64,000 bases of DNA from Candidatus Aenigmatarchaeota archaeon (GTDB taxonomy: Archaea; Aenigmatarchaeota; Aenigmatarchaeia; CG10238-14; SCSR01). The translations under genes were made by a program, and so were the position numbers. The stretch lies in contig JAUWZS010000002.1 of the NCBI GenBank assembly GCA_030615205.1, positions 131,212 through 195,211 of the forward strand, given 5' to 3'. Below are positions 56,736-64,000 of the stretch, in pieces. The notes beneath the pieces were generated by a model. It saw only the letters and a list, made by a program, of their open reading frames with translations, searched no databases and was not told the origin of the DNA. Every line of letters starts with the position of its first letter. The first letter of the stretch is position 1.

Positions 56736-57252
56736 AAGCTCCGTATCCTGCTGGAATTCCGTGTGCAGCCCACCAATGCCCTGTTGGGCCTGTTCTTTGT
56801 TTGTGTATGACTTCCATTTGTCCCCAGATACAATATCCACCATCTCTCCAATTTGGATTTGTATTATCGCAGGGTGTTCCTACCCAAACTATCTTAGAAT
56901 GATAGCTTCTTCCTGAACCACCCGGAAACATTCCATTCCACTGATTGTTAACCCATGCGTCAGTAGTCCAAGGCGACTCATCGCCACTATATCTAGTGTT
57001 ATCTGGTCCAAAGACCGCATCATGCCAAGCTTGTGACCATTTCATTACTAGGTGGTCATCTGCATCCTCGCCGATTGCGGTTTCACATGCAACCTTATCA
57101 GTTATCCCTAGCTTTTGTTGACAGTATTGCATTCCTGTTCCAACGAATACTAATGCTTTCCAGTTGTATCCTGCTGGTTTAGCAATTACTGTAGTTGCTA
57201 GCATTAACGAAGCCACTAGAACTAATCCAAACAAAGTTTTTTTGTTTTTCAT
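56734..57252 (-). CDS. secreted Trp/Gly-rich protein, unassigned
   Basis: Signal MKNKKTLFGLVLVASLMLATTVIA. The mature part is rich in W, G and N (WVNNQWNGMFPGGSG, GHWWAAHGIPAGYGA). Confidence 0.55.
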   Translation of the reverse strand: MKNKKTLFGLVLVASLMLATTVIAKPAGYNWKALVFVGTGMQYCQQKLGITDKVACETAIGEDADDHLVMKWSQAWHDAVFGPDNTRYSGDESPWTTDAWVNNQWNGMFPGGSGRSYHSKIVWVGTPCDNTNPNWRDGGYCIWGQMEVIHKQRTGPTGHWWAAHGIPAGYGA

Positions 57253-57497
57253 AGTTGTAATTAAGATAGTTAAAGATTAATCTCTATGAGTAAATTCGAA
57301 ACGCTTTAATATGGAAAAATGCGGCAGACAGTTAGTTGCAGAAGAAGAATGTAATAAATTATTCGAAAAAGTTAAGAAAGTTAAAAGAACGGAAATTGGC
57401 AAAAAAGCTAAATTAATTCTTTTTTGAATCAGTTCTAAAATTTAAGAACTTGCAAATCAAAATAATATTCAACATGCTGTTTAAGTGGTGTTTGTAA

Positions 57498-58124
57498 GTG
57501 GTGTTTGTAAGATTTTTCGATTGGTTGTCCGGACTGCTCGGATTTAGAAAAAATATCACTTTAGGTGTGTATGGCGAGATTAACGTAGGCAAAACTACTT
57601 TGGCAAATAAAATTTCTTTGGATTGGGCAGGCGAGGAGGTAGGCATAGTTTCTAAAATCCCGCATGAAACCAGGACTATCCAGAAAAAAGAAAAAGTAGT
57701 GATACCGCTCAACGGAAGAAGAAAGATCGTGCTTAACTTGTTGGACATGCCTGGACTTGCAACAAAAGTTGATTACAAGCAATTTATGAAATATGGGATA
57801 AAACGCAAGGCTGCAAAGAAGCGAGCAAAAGAAGCGACCAGAGGCGTGATAGAAGCGATTAAATGGTTGGACAATGTTGATACAGTACTTGCTGTAATGG
57901 ATGCAACAAAAGATCCGCTCACGCAAGTCAATCTCACATTGCTAGGCAACCTAGAAGCAAAAGGAATACCGGTAATAATCGTTGCAAACAAGATTGACAA
58001 AAAAAGAGCTAAACCCAAAAGGATAAAAAGTGCTTTCCCAGAATATCCTGTAATTCCTATATCTGCACTCAAAGGAAAAAATATTGATAGATTATACAAG
58101 GCGATTGGTAAACATGCGAAATAA
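57498..58124 (+). CDS. small GTP-binding protein (archaeal GTPase of the DUF2073/DUF2072 operon)
   Basis: G1 GEINVGKTT, G3 DMPG, G4 NKID. GTG start inside a 13-nt tandem duplication. Confidence 0.8.
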   Translation: MVFVRFFDWLSGLLGFRKNITLGVYGEINVGKTTLANKISLDWAGEEVGIVSKIPHETRTIQKKEKVVIPLNGRRKIVLNLLDMPGLATKVDYKQFMKYGIKRKAAKKRAKEATRGVIEAIKWLDNVDTVLAVMDATKDPLTQVNLTLLGNLEAKGIPVIIVANKIDKKRAKPKRIKSAFPEYPVIPISALKGKNIDRLYKAIGKHAK

Positions 58125-58656
58125 AAAATTGCGGAATAAAAACTCTAAGAAGAGAAATGCTAGGAAAAACGCTAAGAAAAATGTAAAGAAAAATTCAAAG
58201 AACAAACGAGCTAAGGTAAATGCGAAAAATATCGCAAGATCTAACTTAAAGATAGATTTTATTTCATCAAATGTTTTGAATAAAAAGAGTGAGAAGAGTA
58301 GGATCACTTATATCTTAGATATAGTAAAAGACGGCACTATACTAGTTACAGACGGTGTGATGAGTCCTGATGAAGAGCTGGACTTGATTAGAGAGACTAT
58401 GCGGAAAGTAGATGATGGGTTTCCGGGAATAGAAGTCTGCAGTTTGAAAAGAGAGGCAGAGGGTTATCAAAGATTTGCAGAGCAACTTATGGAACAAAGA
58501 TACAGTATAAGAAAAGTAATTAATAAAATTATAGGAAGGGCGTCGCCGCAGATAGATCTGAAATATGGGATGACCCTTATCGGACCGTCCAGGCTTATCA
58601 AGAAGATAAAGAAAAGTCCTGATTCGTTCTCAGTTTTTGCACAATTACAAAAGTAA
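58114..58656 (+). CDS. DUF2073-like archaeal protein with K/R-rich N-terminal extension
   Basis: ILDIVKDGTILVTDGVMSPDEELDLIRETMRKVDDGFPGIEVCSL. ATG 58114 overlaps the GTPase stop. Confidence 0.65.
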   Translation: MRNKKLRNKNSKKRNARKNAKKNVKKNSKNKRAKVNAKNIARSNLKIDFISSNVLNKKSEKSRITYILDIVKDGTILVTDGVMSPDEELDLIRETMRKVDDGFPGIEVCSLKREAEGYQRFAEQLMEQRYSIRKVINKIIGRASPQIDLKYGMTLIGPSRLIKKIKKSPDSFSVFAQLQK

Positions 58657-58721
58657 TTTCATACAAAAACAATTTCAGGAACGTAATATTTCAGAGTACG
58701 AATATAATTTAAGTGGTTTTG

Positions 58722-59327
58722 ATGCACAAGTGCGTACGTTGTGGCAATACATATAAAGATAATGATAGTAGCATTCTCCGCGGTTGTACTCAATGCAGTG
58801 GCATTTTCTTTCTCTATATTAAAGGCGAAGCAGATACAAAACAGTTGGATGCAGTGCAGAGGGATCTACAGGAAAGAGACACAACATTAGAAAAAGAGCT
58901 TGTTAAACAAATTGAGAAACGAAGATCCAAGAAGCGCGTTAGAAAGAGAGTCAAAAAGAAAATTAAAAGAAAAGTCAAAGTAAAAGCGAAGGTTAAGAAA
59001 AAAGTTGGCAAGAAAAAAGTCAGGAAACGAGCCGTCAAGAAAAAACCAAGAAAGGAGAAAGTAAGAAAGGAAATAGTAAGAAAAGAAAAAGCGGAAAAAA
59101 TAGAGAAACCAGAGAAAATTGTAAGAAAGGAAGTAATAAAAATTGGGAAGGAAAAATTCGCAGTTGAAGATATTTTTGGAATCGAGACAGTCCGCGTGCC
59201 AAAAGATGGCGTATATGAAATTAATATCGATGGACTGATGAAGAAAAGGCCTGTTATAGTTTTAGAACGCGGGCAAGTTTATCTTATCCATTTGCCGCTT
59301 CTTTTTGAGGAACTGAGCGAAATCTAA
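58722..59327 (+). CDS. DUF2072-like zinc-ribbon protein with Lys-rich middle
   Basis: MHKCVRCGNTY...GCTQCSGIFFLYIK zinc ribbon, then a long K/R/V low-complexity stretch. Third gene of the conserved archaeal GTPase operon. Confidence 0.65.
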   Translation: MHKCVRCGNTYKDNDSSILRGCTQCSGIFFLYIKGEADTKQLDAVQRDLQERDTTLEKELVKQIEKRRSKKRVRKRVKKKIKRKVKVKAKVKKKVGKKKVRKRAVKKKPRKEKVRKEIVRKEKAEKIEKPEKIVRKEVIKIGKEKFAVEDIFGIETVRVPKDGVYEINIDGLMKKRPVIVLERGQVYLIHLPLLFEELSEI

Positions 59328-59561
59328 TTATAGCGAGATGTAAACCTCGAATAACACTCAATTTCTATACCTTCTCCGTCACTCAAGAATAAATGTTATA
59401 TTTTAAATCATGTATTTGCAAGTATGGATAAAATCCACAGGTCCGGATAAAGATGATGAGACGCTACTTGATGATAAAAAGATGAAATCGAGTTACCGCC
59501 CTGATTCCGAAACGCTTTAATTTAGCACTAGAAATAAGTTGGCCGGTTACTCGTGGACTCA

Positions 59562-60269
59562 CTATCTTGTAGACTTACCGGGCTTACAGTACGCACAAGG
59601 ATCATAACCATAGTCCAATGCCTCTTTTTTTGACGAAAAGTGTACCTTGCATTTTATTTCATCTATTTGACAATTTTTCTTTTCCTTTTTTAGATCATGA
59701 AACTCAAATTTCCTTTTTGGGTCCGTAGGGTTACAGTTACCCAACCATCTTGTTTTAGGCAACTTAGGACCGTAGAACTCCCCTCCTCTAACTGATTTAC
59801 TGGTGCCGTACGTTACTGTTGTGGGAGCAGCACTCTGAGGATGGTGAGAGACTCGGATAACGGGCTTTCTACCTGGAGTTACGTCAACCACATAGCCACA
59901 ATGTCCACTTACCCCATCTGGGTTCAACCTAGCCCAAATGTCTCCTTTTCTCACTTTGTGCAACTTGCCAAGTGGGTCTTCACTAGTGCGCATTTCCCAG
60001 CCTTTTCCTAGGAAGTATTGTACTACCTGGCCAACTCTAATTGGGTGGTCATTGTAGCATCTGACCCCTCTGGAAATTGTTATTTTTTTCGCACCAGCAA
60101 CATAATGAGCACAAGGAGTGCCCCCAATTGGGCCATATCCTACTTCATTATTTATATGCCAGAAAAGACATCTTGGTGTTATATATGAAGGCACTTTAGC
60201 TTCTGCGCATTTTGGGTCACAGTATCCTTCTTCTTCTGGTTTTTTCTTGTTAGATTTCTTTTTAGTCAT
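59562..60269 (-). CDS. Cys/His papain-fold (CHAP/NlpC-like) domain fused to an Ada-like zinc motif, paralogue 2
   Basis: GTPCAHYVAGA, VSGHCGYVVDV, C-terminal HDLKKEKKNCQIDEIK...FSSKKEALDYGYDPCAYCKPG. Collinear with 50161..50865. Confidence 0.6.
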   Translation of the reverse strand: MTKKKSNKKKPEEEGYCDPKCAEAKVPSYITPRCLFWHINNEVGYGPIGGTPCAHYVAGAKKITISRGVRCYNDHPIRVGQVVQYFLGKGWEMRTSEDPLGKLHKVRKGDIWARLNPDGVSGHCGYVVDVTPGRKPVIRVSHHPQSAAPTTVTYGTSKSVRGGEFYGPKLPKTRWLGNCNPTDPKRKFEFHDLKKEKKNCQIDEIKCKVHFSSKKEALDYGYDPCAYCKPGKSTR

Positions 60270-60502
60270 AGTTTTTATTCATGTTTTCATCCAAATATAT
60301 GCAAATTTATCCAATCTAGCTCCCCCTACGAGACGATGCCTGTCCCGCATACAGCTTTGCTGTTGTTCGGGGTTAGAGCCTGTTTGAAATAAGTTTTTTT
60401 AAATCCCATCTTGGGCGTTGAACCCATTGAGATTTCTATTCTAAGGATTCTGGCGTTTTATATAGATTTCCTTGAAAAATATTTACATCAAAATATTTCT
60501 AA

Positions 60503-60880
60503 CTATATCAATCCTTTCGCCCTGTCCCCTTCTATCAATTTTTTAGTTTCTGGTTTTATTTTTATCAATGCGTCAAAAATAATTTGCTTATGCTCTTCTG
60601 TAATATACCCGTCTTCTTTCAACTGGTTTAGCAAAATAAAAGTATCTAATGTAAGATGTTTTAGCTTGAATTGCTTCGATGGTTCGCAATCTCCTCTTTT
60701 GACTTTAAAATTTCTCCTGCAAGATTCTGCCAGAATTGCGGCATTGATATCGTAAATTTGTGCAACAACAATTTGCTCATTGTAAGCTATAGCCTGCCTC
60801 TCCGCAACATCTCCTTTCATTTTGTCAATCATGCTTTGCATAGCTTTGTGTATACACTCGTCTTTTCCGCAAAGCTTCAT
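60503..60880 (-). CDS. hypothetical protein
   Basis: 125-aa ORF, preferred over the overlapping plus-strand ORFs, which are hydrophobic low-complexity antisense artefacts. Confidence 0.45.
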   Translation of the reverse strand: MKLCGKDECIHKAMQSMIDKMKGDVAERQAIAYNEQIVVAQIYDINAAILAESCRRNFKVKRGDCEPSKQFKLKHLTLDTFILLNQLKEDGYITEEHKQIIFDALIKIKPETKKLIEGDRAKGLI

Positions 60881-60909
60881 AGAATAAGATTATATTTTGT
60901 CGGATTAAA

Positions 60910-61806
60910 TTATCTCTTTCTCTTTGTTTTCTTTTTTATTTCCTTAGGCTCAGCTTTCGCTTTTATTTTTCCCATTTTGAGTTTTTGTTTGTATTTCAAT
61001 TTTATTACAACAAGAACAACAATTAACGAAACCAGAAATGATATTACATACACTGAGTTTTCTGCTAAAGCTGTTGTCATACCAGTTAAAGCGCCAAGTG
61101 CAGACAGACCGCCTCCTGCTTCTTCAACTTCTTCGGGTGAACAAGGTTGTGATTCGAATGGCCTATTTCTATCTGTTCCACATTTATTTTCCTCTTCGCA
61201 TGTTCTTGCCTGCAAACCGTCTACGCATTCTCCCCATTCAGTACAGCTCCACTTCTCTTTGCAAACATAAACACAGGTTTTTGTTTCCTCTGGTTTACCA
61301 ACTTCAGTCCCACAATTGTTTTCATCTGTACATGTTCTTGTTTGTTCTCCTTCTGGTGGGCATTCGCTCCAATCTGTGCATTCCCAAGCTTCTGTACAAG
61401 GTGATGGTCCTGGTCCCGGTGATGGTCCTGGCCCTGGTCCTGGAGGAGAAGTCGTTGTTGGAGATGCTTTTGTAATTGAAAGATTTAGTTCTGTAGTACA
61501 GCCATTACAAAAATATTCAGTTTGGTATGTATCGACATCGTCAACAAAAAAATGAATTTCATCCCCTGGTGAAGCACTAATATAAAATATAGGACTGTAA
61601 CCGTATTTTCCATCTAACGTAGTTGTACTTTCTTCTATTCCATCTACCTTAGCAACAACTGATAAACCGTCTGGTGCTGGTTGACCATTCCAAGTAACAA
61701 AACCATAAAATCGATGAGGTGGGATTGGCTGAGCCAAAACTAAATTAGCAAATAACATAATTCCAATAAAAGTTGTTAACAATAATTTTTGATTCGTTTT
61801 TATCAC
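60910..61806 (-). CDS. surface protein with two Cys/Trp (TSP1-like) repeats and a C-terminal TM anchor
   Basis: Signal peptide, PHRFYGFVTWNGQPAPDG domain and a PGPGPGPSPGPGPSP linker. Two repeats CxxxWxC(T)xWxECxxxxQxRTCx(D/E)ENxCGT. TM followed by a Lys-rich tail. Confidence 0.65.
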   Translation of the reverse strand: MIKTNQKLLLTTFIGIMLFANLVLAQPIPPHRFYGFVTWNGQPAPDGLSVVAKVDGIEESTTTLDGKYGYSPIFYISASPGDEIHFFVDDVDTYQTEYFCNGCTTELNLSITKASPTTTSPPGPGPGPSPGPGPSPCTEAWECTDWSECPPEGEQTRTCTDENNCGTEVGKPEETKTCVYVCKEKWSCTEWGECVDGLQARTCEEENKCGTDRNRPFESQPCSPEEVEEAGGGLSALGALTGMTTALAENSVYVISFLVSLIVVLVVIKLKYKQKLKMGKIKAKAEPKEIKKKTKRKR

Positions 61807-61850
61807 CTACTTATAGTTAAACCATAAAAGATAAAAGGTTAATTGTTCCT

Positions 61851-63995
61851 CTAAGGACATATAAAGTTTTCGTTCCATACGCAAGTTGTTGACGGGACAT
61901 AAGTATCTGAAATACCCATCCCTATCCAATACCCCTTGCCTGCATGCATATTATCACATATATCTAGGCTAACCCAATAGCTGTCATTCCCACAGTTAAC
62001 ATAACTTATTAAAGAGCTCCATCTTGGAAATCCTTCTTGTGCATCTACTAGTGAATTGAGCGCACAATATGCGTAATTACCATATTCATAATTGTCTTCA
62101 CAATCACCATAATCATCTGAGTATTCTTGCCAATTTGTTCCATAGTATCCAATTAAGTTCCAACCTGGTGTCAAAACTCTGCTTGGAGGTGTTACTTGTG
62201 GGTTGAATAAACTGCCGCCGATTACTAAGTCAACTGAATCATTTGCTAATACCCAATAACCCCAACCTGGTTTGATGTTTTCCAAGCTGTTAGGTCCATC
62301 ACTTGTCCATACAAACCAATCTGTACCATTCCAAGTCCAAACTGATAACACTTTGTCTTTTATGTCTTTGAAAACTTCTTCTGGGTCATCATCTAGTAAT
62401 ACAAATGGGATTGAAATTAAGTTCCATTTCTTATACAAATGTATTGTAAATACTGTTCCTTCTACTTTGAATTTTTCAATATCTGTTAAACCTGTATTTC
62501 CTAAACTATCTACACAATAGAATTCTAGAGTATGATTGGATTCTTCTGGAAAATACAAAGTAAATGGTAAATCTTCAACAAAAGTCCAGTTTTGTTCTAA
62601 CTCACCATCTAGATAATACCTATAATATAGTGTTTCATAGTCAACTGGATGAGGCTGAGGGTCTACACAATCTAATATTATAGGTGTTAGGATTGTTATT
62701 TTCCATTCACATTCCTCTTCTTGGCATTCTGTCTTTGGTTCACCCACTGTTTTGTTAGGAATTGGTGGTAGGTTGTCTACGAATACACATTGCCAATTCA
62801 ATTCCTCTTCATTGTCAAAATTGTCTATGCTATAGTATTCTATGAGATGGCAGGATTGCTCTGCAATTGTAAATGAATTTGTATATTCTATAAAATCTCC
62901 TCGACCACCTGTTCCATTGCATTCTTCACAATAACTATCATCCATTAATGTTGTCCTATAATATGTTCTGTTAACCCCAGATGGACATGATTCATCATCT
63001 GTTGAAGAAAGGTTAATCAGTGTGCTTGAATTTATCCAGTTGTATGTTTCGTTTGTATGAAATGGTAAACCATAAATTTTTGTAGTATTGGGGGGTTCTT
63101 CATCAGCTATTGATTCATATAAGCATTGATCTAAATTTTCATCACAATAGCCTAATGTGCATTCAGTTTGACTAGAGCAATCTCTTGTTACTCCTCCACA
63201 AACTCCTGAGGTACATTGATCCTCTATTGTACACCATAAACCGTCATCACAAAAAGTTCCATCTTGCTTATTTCTTGTATTGTTAGTATCTATCCATTGA
63301 TGTTCAGTAATATTATATTGGCATTCTGTGTTACAATAATAATCTCTATATTCCTGTTCTTTTTGTTCCTTTTCTCTGCATTGATTTTCATCTATCCATG
63401 TTATGTTTCCAGTGTCATACCAGTCATCATAACTATCGCAGTCTTCTGGACAAAAAACTTCACATTGGACAATCCCATTCCCATTATTCAAATAGTCAGC
63501 CATATCCTTTGCTCTTTCTAAATCTTCTCCAGAATTTATCAAATCTTCTATTTCTGTCAATGCTTCTTCAACTGTGGTAGCATTAGACAAAGAACCTAAA
63601 TCAATTTGTGTGGATAAAAATAACTTTCTAGAAACCACGTTAAACCATAAAGCCATTGATTGTTGCTTGGCTCTTTGCTCCATAGAAGCTGGTTCTGAAG
63701 GATCTAATATTTGGCATAATTCATCAAAATTAGAAATGCTTGAAAAAATGTCAGAAGAATCATTAACTACATCTAAATAGCTTAGCATAGATTCTATTGT
63801 TTCATGCTGGAAGTGTTCTTTGCAAGGTTGTTTCCAATATCCTATTGTGTGTGGGTTACAGTCATTGTCTAAATAATTTGAAGAATCAGCAGAAATTGAT
63901 GCAATGCTGAAAAGACTCAAGAAAAGAATAGAAATTGGTATCAAAGAAATTTTTGAAATACTAACTAAAGATTTTTTATTCAATAATAACACCAC
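61851..63995 (-). CDS. large secreted Cys-rich protein, unassigned
   Basis: GTG start and signal-like LIPISILFLSLFSIASISA. 714 aa with many Cys and NxS/T sequons. C-terminal WNLISIPF...GWGYWV...GWNLIGYYG beta-rich region. Confidence 0.6.
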   Translation of the reverse strand: MVLLLNKKSLVSISKISLIPISILFLSLFSIASISADSSNYLDNDCNPHTIGYWKQPCKEHFQHETIESMLSYLDVVNDSSDIFSSISNFDELCQILDPSEPASMEQRAKQQSMALWFNVVSRKLFLSTQIDLGSLSNATTVEEALTEIEDLINSGEDLERAKDMADYLNNGNGIVQCEVFCPEDCDSYDDWYDTGNITWIDENQCREKEQKEQEYRDYYCNTECQYNITEHQWIDTNNTRNKQDGTFCDDGLWCTIEDQCTSGVCGGVTRDCSSQTECTLGYCDENLDQCLYESIADEEPPNTTKIYGLPFHTNETYNWINSSTLINLSSTDDESCPSGVNRTYYRTTLMDDSYCEECNGTGGRGDFIEYTNSFTIAEQSCHLIEYYSIDNFDNEEELNWQCVFVDNLPPIPNKTVGEPKTECQEEECEWKITILTPIILDCVDPQPHPVDYETLYYRYYLDGELEQNWTFVEDLPFTLYFPEESNHTLEFYCVDSLGNTGLTDIEKFKVEGTVFTIHLYKKWNLISIPFVLLDDDPEEVFKDIKDKVLSVWTWNGTDWFVWTSDGPNSLENIKPGWGYWVLANDSVDLVIGGSLFNPQVTPPSRVLTPGWNLIGYYGTNWQEYSDDYGDCEDNYEYGNYAYCALNSLVDAQEGFPRWSSLISYVNCGNDSYWVSLDICDNMHAGKGYWIGMGISDTYVPSTTCVWNENFICP

Positions 63996-64000
63996 TAATT

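Noticed and set aside
59453-59504. C/D-box sRNA-like arrangement: ATGATGA at 59453, GATGA-like internal boxes and CTGA at 59501, spanning 52 nt.
   Set aside because: The internal D'/C' boxes are degenerate, guide spacings are not the usual ~12 nt, and no terminal stem forms. It also overlaps a 36-codon ORF. It is kept only as a remote possibility that needs an sRNA search tool.
57297-59520. 14-nt direct repeat CGAAACGCTTTAAT at about 57297 and about 59507, flanking the GTPase operon.
   Set aside because: A single 14-mer match is within chance expectation for 64 kb of AT-biased sequence. The two copies also sit in inconsistent positions relative to genes.
60411-61270. Plus-strand ORFs of 114 aa and 199 aa.
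   Set aside because: They are antisense to 60503..60880 and to the surface-protein gene 60910..61806, which has a signal peptide, Cys repeats and a TM anchor. The plus-frame products are featureless and hydrophobic.
1-64000. I scanned for CRISPR arrays, rRNA genes, transposases, integrases and reverse transcriptases.
   Set aside because: I saw no regularly spaced direct repeats, no rRNA-like conserved blocks and no ORF with recognisable recombinase or RT motifs. The only multi-copy element is the 3-copy 31-nt repeat reported above.

Overview
This is a low-GC archaeal chromosome segment. Archaeal markers are ribosomal proteins S8e and L37e, an LSm protein, two intron-containing tRNA-Lys genes, and the archaeal GTPase/DUF2073/DUF2072 operon. 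The many small hypothetical genes, the numerous Thr-linker and Cys-rich surface proteins, and a shortened SMC suggest a DPANN-like small-genome archaeon; that assignment is inference only. I support about 75 CDS, 2 tRNAs, 2 gene remnants and one 3-copy intergenic repeat. I saw no rRNA, CRISPR array, transposase or integrase.

Recognisable core genes:
- SMC and ScpA, with ScpB 4.4 kb away
- UppP, an SDR, dCMP deaminase and a Tmk-like kinase
- an Lhr-type helicase, a Nudix hydrolase, two HAD paralogues and MgtC/DUF4010
- LemA plus a TPM-domain protein
- a MacB-type ABC transporter with a COG1361-like surface protein
- a tryptophanase-family lyase and a Fic protein

The most unusual part is an AT-rich accessory stretch at about 49.6-57.3 kb, with a related gene at 59.6-60.3 kb. 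It contains:
- four HEPN-type genes (an AbiV-like gene plus three Rx4H proteins) and a PD-(D/E)xK nuclease
- two gene remnants
- a perfectly conserved 31-nt element repeated three times, each directly 3' of a minus-strand gene
- two convergent, divergent paralogues that fuse a Cys/His papain-fold domain to an Ada-like zinc motif

Two further points concern the surface proteome. Two large secreted proteases (C1 and S8) end in the same oligo-Gly/Pro-Pro/x-F-T tail. Three surface proteins carry a PxxxP + TM + basic C-terminus.

All domain calls come from motifs read by eye. No database search was run.
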